Shown here piece after piece: positions 11,976 through 24,481 of a stretch of 64,000 nucleotides of DNA (position 1 is its first letter; the number at the start of each line of letters is the position of its first letter). Source of the stretch: Squalus acanthias (lineage: Eukaryota); assembly GCA_030390025.1 (NCBI GenBank), contig CM059432.1, positions 103,976,001-104,040,000 on the forward strand. The letters are read 5' to 3'. The position numbers and the translations under genes are program-made. The notes beneath the pieces are model-generated. The model saw only the letters and a list, made by a program, of their open reading frames with translations, was not told the origin of the DNA and made no database searches.

Positions 11976-12751
11976 ACAAGGTCCCATGAGAATATTTAAA
12001 GAAGAGAAAAATCTTCCTCTCCTAATTGGTATAGAGTGGCCACTACTGAAAAGAATGTTTTTGTGGACAGAATTGTACACCAAACTGAATCATCAACTTC
12101 AGGAGTGGAAGAAGTAATAAAGAAAAAGAACATGTTTCTCTAATACTCACCTTGGTGTTTAGGGATGTCGATTTGTTTACTTGCATATATTTTTTAAATG
12201 TTCGTCATAACTATATCAGATCTTTGCCCTTATTTTAAACGGCGTTCAGTGTTGTCAATTGTTTTGTTTCGCATTTGCAACTACATCTCGCTGGAAGCAT
12301 AGTTCCATCAAGTTATGAATGCACAAAGTTGCAATAATTGATGGCACAGGAATAGTTGTTATTTCAGCAGACGGGTACACAGTGGTGGTAGTGGGGATAA
12401 GTTAAAGGTTTACGTTATTTATATCATCTGACATGAAAGAGCAGGATATAAAGGAAAGGGAGTAAAATGAAGAAGAAAGAAAGTACGAAGGACAAGAGGG
12501 AAATAAATATAAATACAAATTGCAGGGAAAGTACAAACATTTGAAGGTGTCAGCCGTGGCTCAGTAATAGCACTCTCGCCTCTGGGTCAGAAGGATGTGG
12601 GTTCAAATTCCACTCCAGTGCAGTATTGAGGGAGTGCTGCACTGTCAGAGGTGCCATCTATTGCAGTGGTTCTCAAACATTTTTGGTTGAAGGACCCTTT
12701 TCAAATCGATTAGTAATCACGGACCCCCATCTAAATTATAATACTCATAAT

Positions 12752-13492
12752 GGCCCAAAAATTTGTGTTGATACGCGAGAGTACGCACTGTGTACTCTCG
12801 CGTATTCTGTCTCCAATTGCTGGTTTTCTGCATGCACTGCGCATGCGCTGAAAACCGGCACTTGGTGAATGGAAAAGGGGGCGGTTCCTAGGTGAACCGC
12901 GTGCGCGCTACAGGCTGCGCGCATGCAGTGCACTTAGTGGTTTTAACGCGCAGGTAAGTATGGAAGATTTTACACATAAAAAAAGGAGGAGTAAGACCCA
13001 CTTTTAACAAGGTAAGTAGTGAATTAAGTATTATTTTGAATTTTTTTTAACAGGTATATCTTTTTAGAGACTTTAAAGACAGGTAAGTTTATTTTTATAA
13101 CTTTTTAAAAGATTTTAAATTTTTTCAAAAATTTAATTTTTTATTTAAAATGGTTAATTTATTTAACTATACTTATTTTATTAATGTGATGGTTTTTTTT
13201 TTATTTAATTGAGGTTTAGCTGTTCTTTTGGGGGGCTATAGTATTCATAGCTTTCACAGCACTTATGTGAAAGTTATGAATGGAAGATGGTGTGCTGCCA
13301 TTGGCTCTAACTGAGTCACGTGATCCCACAGCTCGCACGAATTAACTACGCCTGTGGGATACGAAAGCCCAGCACAGCAGCTGTCCAGAACATCAAGTTC
13401 GTGCGAGCTGGAACTGAAAAAGCCAACGCGCAGTGAGAGATCGCGGGGAAGCCTTACCCTCGCACGAAGGCTTCCTCACGAATTTTTGGGCC
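12752..13492 (+). mobile_element. MITE family A copy 2, nested in the hAT
   Basis: TIRs GGCCCAAAAATT / AATTTTTGGGCC, TSD AAT, collinear with 1426-2185. Confidence 0.9.
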
Positions 13493-13589
13493 AATATGAA
13501 AGTGCTGCACGTAAGGAGTGTTTTAATAATGCTTTTAAGAAAACAGGTATTTAGTTCTAGGTATCAGTGAGATGGGTGTGCCTGCCTCT

Positions 13590-13896
13590 CACTGCAGAGT
13601 CTGTCTATTATTGGTGTGATGTATGACAATGACAGTCCTAAATCATTCTTCACTTCCGGATGGGACCTGTACTTTGTCTTCATTGCTGCCATAGCAGAAA
13701 ATTATGTTTCACAAATGTATGTTGTTGGGAAAGGTAGCAACACTTTCATTGCATCTTTTACCAAATCTGGGTACTCCGCAGCAACAGATGGCCAAAACTG
13801 GGAAGGTGCTTGTTCCTGAAACTTAATTTTCAGCGAGTGGTCAGGGGACAGTTCCAGCAGCTGCTCTTCTGTTTTTCCACTTCGTCTTAAACTCAC
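13590..13896 (-). pseudogene. hAT transposase C-terminal dimerisation-domain remnant
   Basis: EQLLELS...QFWPSVAAEYPDLVKDAMKVLLPFPTTYICET then a stop and FSAMAAMKTKYR, typical of Buster/Charlie C-termini. Confidence 0.85.
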
Positions 13897-15278
13897 AGCA
13901 TACGGTATAACTCCAGACTAGTCCAAAGACCCTGGCCGGCTTCTTTAGATGGTCTATACTTCGAAGCAGATATTTTCCTACTGTCTCAGCTGCCGTAGCC
14001 AAATTTTTTTGTTTATTTTCTTTTGCCGCCGCTCATGCCCACAGGAAAGGTTTTATAGAAAAAAAACTTGAGAGAAATAAGTCCCTAACTTTTCATTGGT
14101 TCATTGACAAGACGTCATGCGGCGATTGGATGAGGATCACGTCAGTCATTAGCAGCACGTTCGCCAGCATTTGAAATATTCTCGCGCGAGTGCGGTGACA
14201 GTTGGAAGTGAGGAGATGCTTGTGGAAGCGATGGGCAGTCACTGGTTTGCTCACGATTATCAGCAATAACCCACAGGCTGGCGAACATGCTGCTAATGAC
14301 TGACGTGATCTTCATCCAATTGCTGCACGACGTCTCTGGCCGCCGCTCATTCGCTTATTTCACAGACCCCCTGGAAAGTCTTTACGGACTCCAGTTTGAG
14401 AATCACTGGTCTATTGGATGAGACATTAAACCGAGGCCCCGTCTGCCCTTTCAGGTGGACGTAAAAGATCCCACGGCACCATTTTAAAGAAGAGCAGGTG
14501 AGTTCTCCCAACATTTCTGGCCAACATTTAACACTCAAGCAACACTTAAAAAACAGATAATCTGGTCATTGTCACATTGCTGTTTGTGGGATCTTGCTGT
14601 ACATATATTGGCTGTCACGTTTCCAACATTACAACAGCGACTACACTTCAAAAAAGTACTTAATTGGTTGTAAAGCGCTTTGGGACATCCTGTGATCATG
14701 AAAGGGCTATATAAATGCAAGTCTTTCTTTCCTTCTTTAGGTATATTTTTTGGTGCTGATTTATTTATAGTTCATACTGCGCAGAAAATTAAATGAGTTC
14801 AGGGACTCTCTCGGATTAGTAAATCAAGTCTTTAGATTACTCCAGAGAACAACAAAAAAAGAAAAACTTGCTATGCACACATATTAAAAATGGTTCTAAA
14901 AAAATTGTATTTTAAGTATATAGGACTTTAATTTATTATTAATTAAATAAAGTTTACTCACAAGAGTGGCAGACTGAGGGCTATGTCGCCAACCCCTCAG
15001 AAGTTACCAGTGATGGCACATCCCTGACTGTTTACTTTAATACCATTTGAGGGGGAACCTAGAGCAAGGGTGAAATAATTAAAAGAATGTGTGTGGGATG
15101 AAGGAAAAAAATAAACAAAAATGCCTTCATGTGTGTCTAATTCTCTTCCACAGAACTCTGCCATCTAAAAATATTCTACCAAATGTGGTTATGTACAATG
15201 TGTTGGCAGAATAAAATAAATTGAAGACAGTTTGTCTCTTCAGAGCAATCCACAAGTGTATTCTTCTACAGACATTTA

Positions 15279-16249
15279 GTGGGGAATTTTAACCCAAAAA
15301 AACGTGTGGGTTGGGGTCGGGTGGGAGGTTAAAGTGTTAAAAATCTGAACCCGTCTCCAATCCGCCCTCTTCTAGTTTTAATGGAGGCAGGACGGGGTGG
15401 GGGGGGGGTGGAGGGTAGGGGGGGCATTGGTGGACAGCCAATCTGCTCCCAAGAGGTGGGTCACCCATTTAAATATTATAATGAGGCTGGCGTGCCTCAG
15501 CTTTAACCAGCATTTCAAATTTAACTGTGGCTGGTCGGGTTTCTCAGGCCTCGGAGAACCTGCCAGCTAAAGTAAGGCGAGGACTGCTGGATCCAGGAGG
15601 CAAGTGCCTTTACACTTACCTCCTGGATCCAGCGTCCCTGCCTCACCCACAACCCGCAATTGGAGAGCCCCCCACAATGCCTCCAATTCTGCCCCCAGGC
15701 CTCTGATTCCACCCGCCAGGCCTCCGATGCCCCCCGCCAGGCCTCCGATTTCCCCTCCGTGCTGCTCCAGAACCTCTGACTAGCTGCTCCCGGGCCCCTG
15801 ATCAGCCGCTCCAGGCCTCCATGCTGATCCTAGCACCCCCACGTGCTGCTCCCGGCCCCCGATCCTGTGCTGCTCCTGGCCCCTTCCCCCTCCTCCCCCC
15901 GCTCCTCCGATAATCACCCGGCTCCCCCCACCACTCCTCCAGCCCTCCGATGATAAACCCACTCCCCCTCTTTTCCTCCGGCCCTCCGATGATCACTCGC
16001 CCCCCCCCCCCCCGCCCCCCATTCCTCCGTGCTCCCTCTCTCCTCTCTGCGGCCTGGTGCCGCAGGCCTACCTGCCCGTAGTCAGCCGGCCTCTCAATCT
16101 GTGGCTGCGGGTGGAAACAGAGGTTTCCAATGCAAATCAGGCCCTGCCATTAAATTCATCAGGGCCTGCAGGAAACCCGTCCTCCCGGGTTTCCCGATCA
16201 TTTCCGACTCACGCTGCTCCCAACCTGCCTCCCGATTAAAATTGAGGCC
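15279..16249 (+). mobile_element. MITE family B full copy
   Basis: Imperfect TIRs GTGGGGAATTTTAA / TTAAAATTGAGGCC, ctccgat-rich subrepeats, internal palindrome at 15587-15632. Confidence 0.7.
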
Positions 16250-16454
16250 TTGTTTTCAGATTGCTTTGAAGATATGTATAACTGAAACCTCTGTTGGAAA
16301 TTTGGGTGACATGATATAGCTGTTGGCTGATTGCACTGATTTTATCAAAATTTGCAAAAAATTTTTGCAATTACTTCATTCTTAACAACCTAACCAAAAA
16401 CTATTAAAGCACAATGATAATTGCCTGACTGCGAAACCTCATTAAACCTCATCT

Positions 16455-16815
16455 TCAAACAGCCAGGGAAGGGAAAAATCAAGCATGCTGGTCACTATCC
16501 AGTGACTTGTGGAGGGGTGTGTCAGCCTTGATAACCTCCCACAGCTCAATAGCCTGCAGACATACCTCTGTGCTTGCCAGCCTGCGATTTTCTACCCATT
16601 CACTTCAGTAATCAAAAACCTGTGGGCCGCTGAGAGCAGAAGTGGAAAATCCCGGCCTTTCTGTCTAGGCTTGTACATGACGAATGGATCCGTGGATGAG
16701 GTAATAGAGGATGGCCAACATCTGCGACTTTGGGCCCAGGCCAGAGTCAGCACCTGCAGGAAAGGATGGACAAATATGAAGGAGGGAAAATGGATGGTTG
16801 GGGGGAGAAAGAAGT
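16455..16815 (+). mobile_element. Old SINE (LF-SINE-like) fragment with a small MITE-like insert
   Basis: Similar to the reverse complement of 410-1040. The insert ends in ggaaaatcccggcc. Confidence 0.45.
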
Positions 16816-16947
16816 GAAAAAGAAAACTTTAAAAATAGATGTCTTTAGTGCCTTTTCAAAGCTACAATTTACTATATAGTGGTGAAGCAACGTCTAAAAT
16901 TAAATACTACATTCCATCATGACCTTTTTTTGTACTGATTTTAGTGT

Positions 16948-17245
16948 AGAAAGACATACTTGCATTTACATAGTAGCTTATCACATCTTTAAAACGCACT
17001 TAACACGTATTTTTTTTAGTCAATGACTATTATTATGTAGGCAAACACAGCAGCCATTCTGCACCAGTTAACAGCGATGAGATGAATAACGGGTTAATTT
17101 TTCTTTTGGGCTTGGTTGAGGAACTGTTGCCCTGGACACCAGGAGGACTGTTTGCTTATCTTAGAATAGTGCGATGCACAGTATGGTCCCACAAACAGCA
17201 ATGTGATCAATGGCCAGATAATTTCCTTTTGGTGACATTGGTTGC
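16948..17245 (-). mobile_element. Degenerate Deu-SINE 3' fragments
   Basis: acttgcattta tail and cccacaaacagcaatgtgat...ccagataat match the reverse complement of 24750-24920. Confidence 0.6.
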
Positions 17246-17249
17246 TCTG

Positions 17250-18135
17250 TCTACCACATAGTAGACTCATGACTAAGGTCAGAACATGTGGAGTCAGGGG
17301 ACAGGGAGCAGAATGGATAGCAAACTGGCTACAAAACAGAGAGTAGCAGCTAAATGTAGTTACTTAGACTGGTGGAAGGTGGGAAGTGGTGTTCCACAGG
17401 GGTCGGTGCTGGCACCACTGTTGTTCACATTTACATAAATAATATTAACTCAGGAATCGGAAGTACAATATCAAAATTTGCAGTTGACACCAAATTGGGG
17501 ATACAGTTAATACTGAGGAAGACTGCAACAAAATACAAAAAGATGATAATACGCTTGCAGAATGTGTGTAAATGGCAAATTAATTTCAATCTAGCCAAGT
17601 GTGAGGTGGTGCACTTTGGTAGGAGGAATAAGGAGGCCACCTACTCCTTGGAAAATAAGAGTCTAAATGGGGTAGAGGCGCAAAGGGATCTAGGGGTATC
17701 GATTCACAAATCATTAAAAGTAGCAACGTAGGTCAACAAAGCCATAAAAAATGCAAACAAAGCACAGGGGTTCATTTCTAGAGGAACAGAATTCAAAAGC
17801 AGATAAGTTATGTTAAACTTGTACAGAACTTTGGTTAGACCACACAGAGTACTGTGCATAGTTCTGGTCTCCATATACAAAAAGAATATAGAAGCACTGG
17901 AAAAAGTGCAAAAAGGTTTTACAAAGATGATACCAGAATTGAGAGGGTAAAACTATCAGGAAAGACTGAACAGACTGGGGCTCTTTTTTCTAGAAAAGAG
18001 AAGACTGAGAGGTGAGCTGATAGAGGTCATTAAAATTATGAAGGATTTCGATAGAGTAGAAGTGGAGAAGATGTTTCCGCTTGTGGTGGAGTCCAAAACT
18101 AGAGGCGATTAGCATACATGCATTTAAGGGGAAGT
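17250..18135 (+). mobile_element. Decayed CR1 RT fragment
   Basis: ISKFAVDTKLG and KCEVVHFGRRN motifs with multiple frameshifts. Confidence 0.9.
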
Positions 18136-18437
18136 TGCACCCCCTCCATGGACAATATATCCTGTGGTGTCTAAAACTGAATGCAGTATGCGAGATAGGA
18201 TCTGAGCAAAGCTGTATAAAACTGAAGGATAACTTCCTCCCCTTTGTATTCCAGCCCCCTTGAGATAAAGGCCAACATTTCGATTGCCTTTTGTGCCTAT
18301 CTAATGTCTTTTATTGATTTCTGTACTTGGACTCCCAAATCTCTTTGCTCTTCTACAGTTCCTAGTTTCTAACCATTTAGAAAATATTCCGATTTTATCT
18401 TTATTTTTATTCATTCACGGGATGTGAGTGTCGCCTC

Positions 18438-20066
18438 TGTAAGGGGTTCGCGTGGCTCTGTGCTTAGCCTGGGTGCTAGTGCGGGGTTAGGCCTTGTTGC
18501 CTGTTCTGGTCTCCAGCCAGCTTGGTGACACTAGACGCCTGTGAGTGGTTCGACCCACTCGCCCTTACGGTTCTGACACTGGACTTAGGTGCGAGAGCAA
18601 TAATGCAGAGAAAAACTCAGGTAGACCCGGTGAATAGTGTGAAATGGAAAATCTTTATTGCATATTATTCAAGATTACAAAATACATGTCATAAGCACAG
18701 ATTAATGACAGTACAAACTTACATACATTTATGCAACTAGGTTTAGGGAAACGAGGAGCGCACGACACATCGTAAAAGGGGACACACATTATAATTATCC
18801 TTAAAACCTAAACCCTCCCCTATCAATACCTGTCCTAATCTAGATCTGTAGGATCGAGACACATGCTCACCACTCGTGATAACTCGGAGAATTCCGAAAA
18901 CGCTGCTCGGATGTTTTCACCACAGCACCTGACTATCCACGTGTTGATCAGGGGTCTCTGTACCCCACTTGTTTACTCGCTTTGCTCCGGCTAGCAGGCT
19001 GGACCATCTGCTGTCATGAAGATCTGTGTTGACCTCGGACTCCAGATACAGTTTGAAGAAGAGTCTTACTGTGCCCGACACCAGTTGTCGGTAGAACTCG
19101 AAGAAAAGTCTTCCAGAGCCAGTTGTGGAGTAGCCGATAGAATTCGAAGAAGTGGTTAATCGATTTTCGGGCGCGGTCGGGGTTTACTGACCGCGGCGGC
19201 ACGTGTAGTCGTCTTCTTCTCTTCTCATCTCATCTCATCTCATCTCCTCTCGGGCCTTCGGTTCCGACACCGTTTACCGACTTCTCGGGATGGTGCGCCC
19301 GCTTACAGGCCTTCGCAGACCAGCTCTCCACAGATCTTCGCGGCAAGCCAGGAGGTTGACTCCCGGAAAATCAGCGGATCAGAGAAGCGAGTCAAAGGAA
19401 TAAGAGTCGAGCGAATAAGAGAAAGATGGACGTTTGGACACTACAGTTATAGTACTGTAATTCCTTATCTCCCGCCCAATCTTAATGTTCATCTTTTGTC
19501 ATGTTTTTGGCGCTCAAACTTCTTGTATGGGGTGGTACTTGTCGTTAATGGGTATCGGTGATACTTGTAACTGTCTGAGTACCCGTTAATATTTCTCCCA
19601 TTGTGGAATCGGCTAGGAGTCTCCCTGGAGGGGTTTTGGGGGCCTCCGATTCTTGTTGTGAGTACCCGCGAACGGCTCTCTCATCGTAGAGCCGTGGGGA
19701 ATTTGCGTATCAATGTCTTTTGGATGGGCCCCTAATTGCCCAGTACAATAGCCCTCGTTTGTGCATGGAAAACCCGATTCCAGCACTTATATTCCTTGCT
19801 TGGGTGTTAAAATGCAAAACGATCTCGTCTTGTCTTATCTCAATATGCTGAGTCCTGTCCGATCTTGCTGAAATGTTTATTGAAACGCCATCTTGTCTGC
19901 CTGCTGAAAGTCTAGAACCTTCTGCCACGAGGCGTGGTGGCCATTTTACAGGCTGCTTGTGTCCATTTTGAAACCCGACAGCATTTTGCTGAAATAAAGC
20001 TGTGTTTACGAAACTGTATGTCTCTTTCTCATTAATTTTAAATCGCGATAATTTGCGAATTCTACA
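18438..20066 (-). mobile_element. Solo LTR (1629 bp), ERV- or Gypsy-type
   Basis: TGTA...TACA termini and 4-bp TSD CCTC (18434-18437 / 20067-20070). Minus-strand promoter cluster near 19446-19480 and AATAAA at 18654-18659. No convincing coding ORF. Confidence 0.8.
19440..19482 (-). promoter_or_regulatory. Putative LTR core promoter
   Basis: Minus strand reads ATTGG/GGGCGG-GATAA-...-TATAAC followed by a pyrimidine-rich tract. Confidence 0.5.
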
Positions 20067-23000
20067 CCTCTAAGGCCAGCATTTATTGCCAATCCCTAAT
20101 TGCCCTTGAGAAGGTGCTGGTGAGCCACCTTCTTGAACCACTGCAGTCTGTTAGGTGAAGTTAGGCTTGGGCTGATAAGTGACAAGTAACATTCACGCCA
20201 CACAAGTGCTAGGCAATGACCATCTCCAACAAGAGAGAGTCTAACCACCTTCCATTGACAGTGCTGTTAGAGAGGGAGTTCCAGGATTTTGACCTAGTGA
20301 AAATCTGAAGGAACAGCGATATATTTCCAAGTCAGGATGGTGTGTGACTTGGAGGGGAACTTGAAGGTAGTGGTGTTCCCATGTGCCTGCTGACCTTGTC
20401 CTTCTAGATGGTAGAGGTCACAGGTTTGGGAGGTGCTGTCAAAGAACCATAGGCGAGTTGCTGCAGTGCATCTTGTAGATGGTACACACTGCAGACACAG
20501 TGCGCTGGTGGTGGAGGGATGAATGTTTAAGGTGGTGGATGGGATGCCAATCAAGCGGGCTGCATTCTCCTAGATGGTGTTGAGCTACACTCATCCAGGC
20601 AAGTGGAGAGTATTCCATTACACTCCTGACTTGTGCCTTGTAGATGGTGGAAAGGCTTTGGAGAGTCAAGAGGTGAGACACTCACCGCAGAATACCCAGC
20701 CTCTGACCTGCTCTTGTTGCCACAGTATTTATGTGGCTGGTCCAGTTAAGTTTCTGGTCAATGGTGAACCCCAGGATGTTGATGTTGGGGGATTCAGCAA
20801 TGGTAATGCCATTGAATGTCAAGGGAAGGTGGTTAGACTCTCTCTTGTTGGAGATGGTCATTGCCTAGCACTTGTGTGGCGCGAATGTTACTTGTCATTT
20901 ATCAGCCCAAGCCTGAATATTGTCCAGGTCGTGCTGAGTGCGGGAACAGACTGCTTCATTATCTGAGGAGTTGCGAATGGAACTGAACACTGTGCAATCA
21001 TCAGTGAATATCCTCACTTCTGACCCTATGATGGAGGGAAAGTCATTGATGAAGCAGCTGAAGATGGTTGGGCCTAAGACACTGCCCTGAAGAACTCCTG
21101 CAGTGATGTCCTGGGACTAAGATGATTGGCCTCCAACAACCACAACCATCTTCCTTTGTGCTCGGTATGACTCCAGCCAGTGGAGAGTTTTCCCCCTGAT
21201 TCCCATTGACTTCAATTTTACTTGGGCTCCTTGATGCCACACTCGGTCAAATGCTGCGTTGATGTCAAGGGCAGTCACTCTCACCTCACCTCTGGAATTC
21301 AGCTATTTTGTCCATGTTTGGACCAAGGCTGTAATGAGGTCTGGAGCTGAGTGGTCTTGGCGGAACCCAAACTGAGCTCGGTGAGCAGGTTATTGGTGAG
21401 TAGGTGCTGCTTGATGGCACTATCGACGACTCCTTCCATCACTTTGCTGATGATTGAGAGTAGACTGATGGGGCGGTAATTGGCCAGATTGGATTTGTCT
21501 TGCTTTTTGTGGACAGGACATACCTGGGCAATTGTCCACATTATCAGATAGATGCCAGTGTTGTAGCTGTACTGGAACAGCTTGACTAGAGGCGTGGCTA
21601 AATGTGAAGCACAAGTCTTCAGCACTACAGCCGGGATGTTGTTGGGGCCCACAGCCTTTGCTGTATACAGTGCGCTCAGCCCTTTTTTGATATCACGTGG
21701 AGTGAATCAAATTGGCTGAAGACTGGCTTCTGTGATGTTGGGGACCTCAGGAGGAGGCTGATATGGATGATCCACTCGGCACTTCTGGCTGCAAATGCTT
21801 CAGCTTTGTCTTTTGCACTCAAGCGCTGGGCTCCGCCATTATTGAGGATGGGGATGTTCATGGAGCCTCCTCCTCCCGTTAGTTGTTTAATTGTCCACCA
21901 CCATTCACAACTGGATATGGTAGGATTGCAGAGCTTTGATCTGATCCGTTGATTGTGGGATCACTTAGCTCTGTCTATAGCATACTGCTTCCGCTGTTTA
22001 GCATGCATGTAGTCCTGTGTTGTAGCTTCCCCAGGTTGGCACCTCATTTTTAGGTATGCCTGGTGCTGCTCCTGGCATGCTCTTCTACACTCCTCATTGA
22101 ACCAGGGTTGGTCCCCTGGCTTGATGGTAATAGTAGAGTGAGGGATATGCCGGGCCATTCTTGGATCCAAAGTGGATGACCTCACATTTTCCACATTGAA
22201 CTCCATTTGCCATAGTTGTGCCCGTGCATTTACTCCATCAATGTTCCTTTGCAACATCTTGCTCGCATCTGCTTACTGTCTCTCCTAATGTACTGTCATC
22301 AGCAGACTTGGAAATATAACTCTCTATTCCTTCATCCAAGTCATTAATAAATATGGTGAAAAGTTGAGGCCCTAGAACAGATCCCTGGGGAACACCACTT
22401 GTCACATCCTGCCAATTAGTGTATCTAGCCTTTATCCCCACTCTCTGTCTCATACCTCCCCACCAATTTCCAACCCAAGTCAAAAGGCTACCTCTAATTC
22501 CGTGTGCTCTCATTTTTGCTAATAATCTCTTATGTGAAACCTTATCGAATTCCTTCTGGAAGTCCATATAGATAACATCCATAGACACTCCCTTAACTAC
22601 TTTATTAGTGACCTCCTCAAACAATTCAACTAGATTAGTCAGACATGACTTATCCTTAACAAAGCCATGTTGGCTCTCTCTGATCAGATCATATTTGTTC
22701 AAGTGTTCAGTCACTCAATCCCTAATGACAGATTTAGTAGCTTCCCCACAACTGACGTTAAACTGACAGGCCAGTAGGTACCTGGCTTCACTCTCCTACC
22801 CTTCTTAAATAATGGAGTGTCATTAGCAAATTTCCAATCTAACGTCACAATTCCCAAATCAAGAGAGCTTTGAAAGATTATGACTAACACTTCTGCAAAT
22901 ACCTCGTCCTGGGGTGGAAACCTTCAGGTCCTGGAAATTTATCTATTTTAAGTCCCATTATTTTCTCCATTACTGTTTTGTTACTTTTATTGAATCCAAT

Positions 23001-23197
23001 AAGTTCCTCACCTTGATTTATTTTTAGTTTTACTTCTTTCACTGGTATTTTATCCTCTTCCTCTATTGTGAAAATGGATACAAAGTACTTGTTTGATAAA
23101 TCTGTCATTACCTTGTTGTCTACTACAGTACCACCTACGTCTGTCTTTAATTGGCCCACATCTCCCTTAGCCACTCTATTACTCTTAATATATTTAT

Positions 23198-23460
23198 ACA
23201 ACAACAACTTGCATTTATATAGTGCCTTTAACATAGTAAAACAGCCCAAGGAGTGTAATAGAACAATGACTGACACCCAGTCAAAGAAGGAAATATTAAG
23301 ACAGGTGACTAAAAGCTTGGTGATAGAGGTAGGTTTTAAGGAGCGGCTGAAAGGACGAGAGATAGGTGGAGAGGCGGTGCAGAACTTAAGGGCGAGATAG
23401 TTGAAGGCACGACCACCAATTGTGGGGTGAAGAAAGTGGAGAAAGCTGAGAGGCCAGAGA
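23198..23460 (-). mobile_element. L2 LINE 3' fragment
   Basis: acaacaacaacttgcatttatatag tail, homologous to 58200-58500. Confidence 0.85.
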
Positions 23461-24366
23461 CCCTAAATTGCTGTTTATGAAGTTACATTGCCCCAATAAT
23501 ACTACCAAAGTGCTATAGATACCAAGAGGGTGATATTACTCCTGTCGACAGTTTTGGGGAAATATTGGCACAAGTACAAAAACAGGAAATGCCATTTTGT
23601 TCTCACATTGACTTTTTACTAAATATTATTGATAGGAGAAATTCCCCCCCACCCACCTACCTTATTGCTTAGAGTTCAGTTTATTGGTTCCAGTTAATGG
23701 AATGGCTCCACTGTAATTTAGGTGAGGGTGGATAGCTGGCACACGAACTAGGGCTGCTTATTTCAGTTTTGAAAATAACAATATTATTTGGTTTAACATC
23801 TATTATGTTTAATCACAGAATGTGTGCTTTATTTTAATAGTAAGTCTTAGAATATTCAATCATGTTTTAATGTTCATGACTTTGAAGTAAAGATATATTT
23901 TTTTGGTGCCATGCTACATTAAGCCTAGTTCATTGTAAGAATGTTATAGACTGTTCAAAGATTTGGCACAAATATTCAACTTCAAAAGGACTATAGTTTC
24001 TGATCTAAGCAATTGAAAAGTTTAACAGCTTGTGTGACATAAGGATTGGTAATATGAGGATAACTCATCGCTGAGAGCTCAATACAGGTGCTCTTTTATG
24101 AGTATGTAAAGAAACCCATAACTCAAGGTTAGCACAAGCATGAAGGAGTTATGATGGTCTTTTAGATAATTAAAAATACAATAGCCGGTGATTAACAGTG
24201 AGTTTATTTTAATTTTTTTAAGTTAGAAAGAGATGGTAATCTTGTCTGTAATTTTTCTTGTAAGTAGGTGGCAAAACAATATGCACCAGGAGTCAAGGAT
24301 AGATGACTGACAAATTTTATTCTGGTAATTGCTGGGAGCCCTGCAAACTTTCAAACAAGTCAGGAA

Positions 24367-24453
24367 AAGGTCATCGACCTGAAACGTCAACTCTCTTTCT
24401 CTCTCTACGGATGCTGCCTGGCCTGCTGAGCTTTTCCAGCGTTTTCTGTTGTT
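24367..24453 (+). mobile_element. Penelope-like element tail fragment
   Basis: Matches 27190-27280 and is flanked by direct repeat aagtcaggaa (24357-24366 / 24454-24463). Confidence 0.8.
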
Positions 24454-24481
24454 AAGTCAGGAACTTTGTTCAGAACAAAAA

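Larger units (their letters stand above)
12664..14408 (-). mobile_element. Non-autonomous hAT (Charlie/Buster-type) DNA transposon
   Basis: 15-bp TIRs CAGTGGTTCTCAAAC / GTTTGAGAATCACTG. 8-bp TSD atctattg / gtctattg. Transposase remnant inside. Confidence 0.9.
12547..14735 (+). mobile_element. Deu-domain SINE (SacSINE1/AmnSINE1-type) split by a hAT insertion
   Basis: tRNA-like head at 12547-12620 (tggctcagt...gggttcaaattcc). The Deu domain resumes at 14409 (gatgagacattaaaccgagg...aaagatccca). Ends in an L2-type tail. Confidence 0.85.
18398..22155 (-). mobile_element. 5'-truncated CR1-group (Zenon-like) LINE, interrupted by a solo LTR
   Basis: NYRPISLLSIISKVME, IYKAQVRSVMEYSPLAW and KPGDQPWFNEEC motifs, distinct from the classical CR1 copies. 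3' tail is shared with 612-910. Confidence 0.85.
18136..23197 (-). mobile_element. CR1 fragment (18136-18397 and 22156-23197) split by a Zenon-like LINE
   Basis: ORFs 22238-22714 and 22884-23276 are CR1 RT. The two halves join as gattttatct|ttcttggatccaaagtgg, matching 30270-30305. Confidence 0.85.

Noticed and set aside
12145..12300. Minus-strand splice donor (AG|GTGAGT) suggesting an exon
   Set aside because: No recognisable open coding frame upstream. A lone donor is expected by chance.
13590..13896. Domesticated ZBED5/SCAND3-like exon
   Set aside because: Short, stop-containing remnant within TIRs and a TSD.
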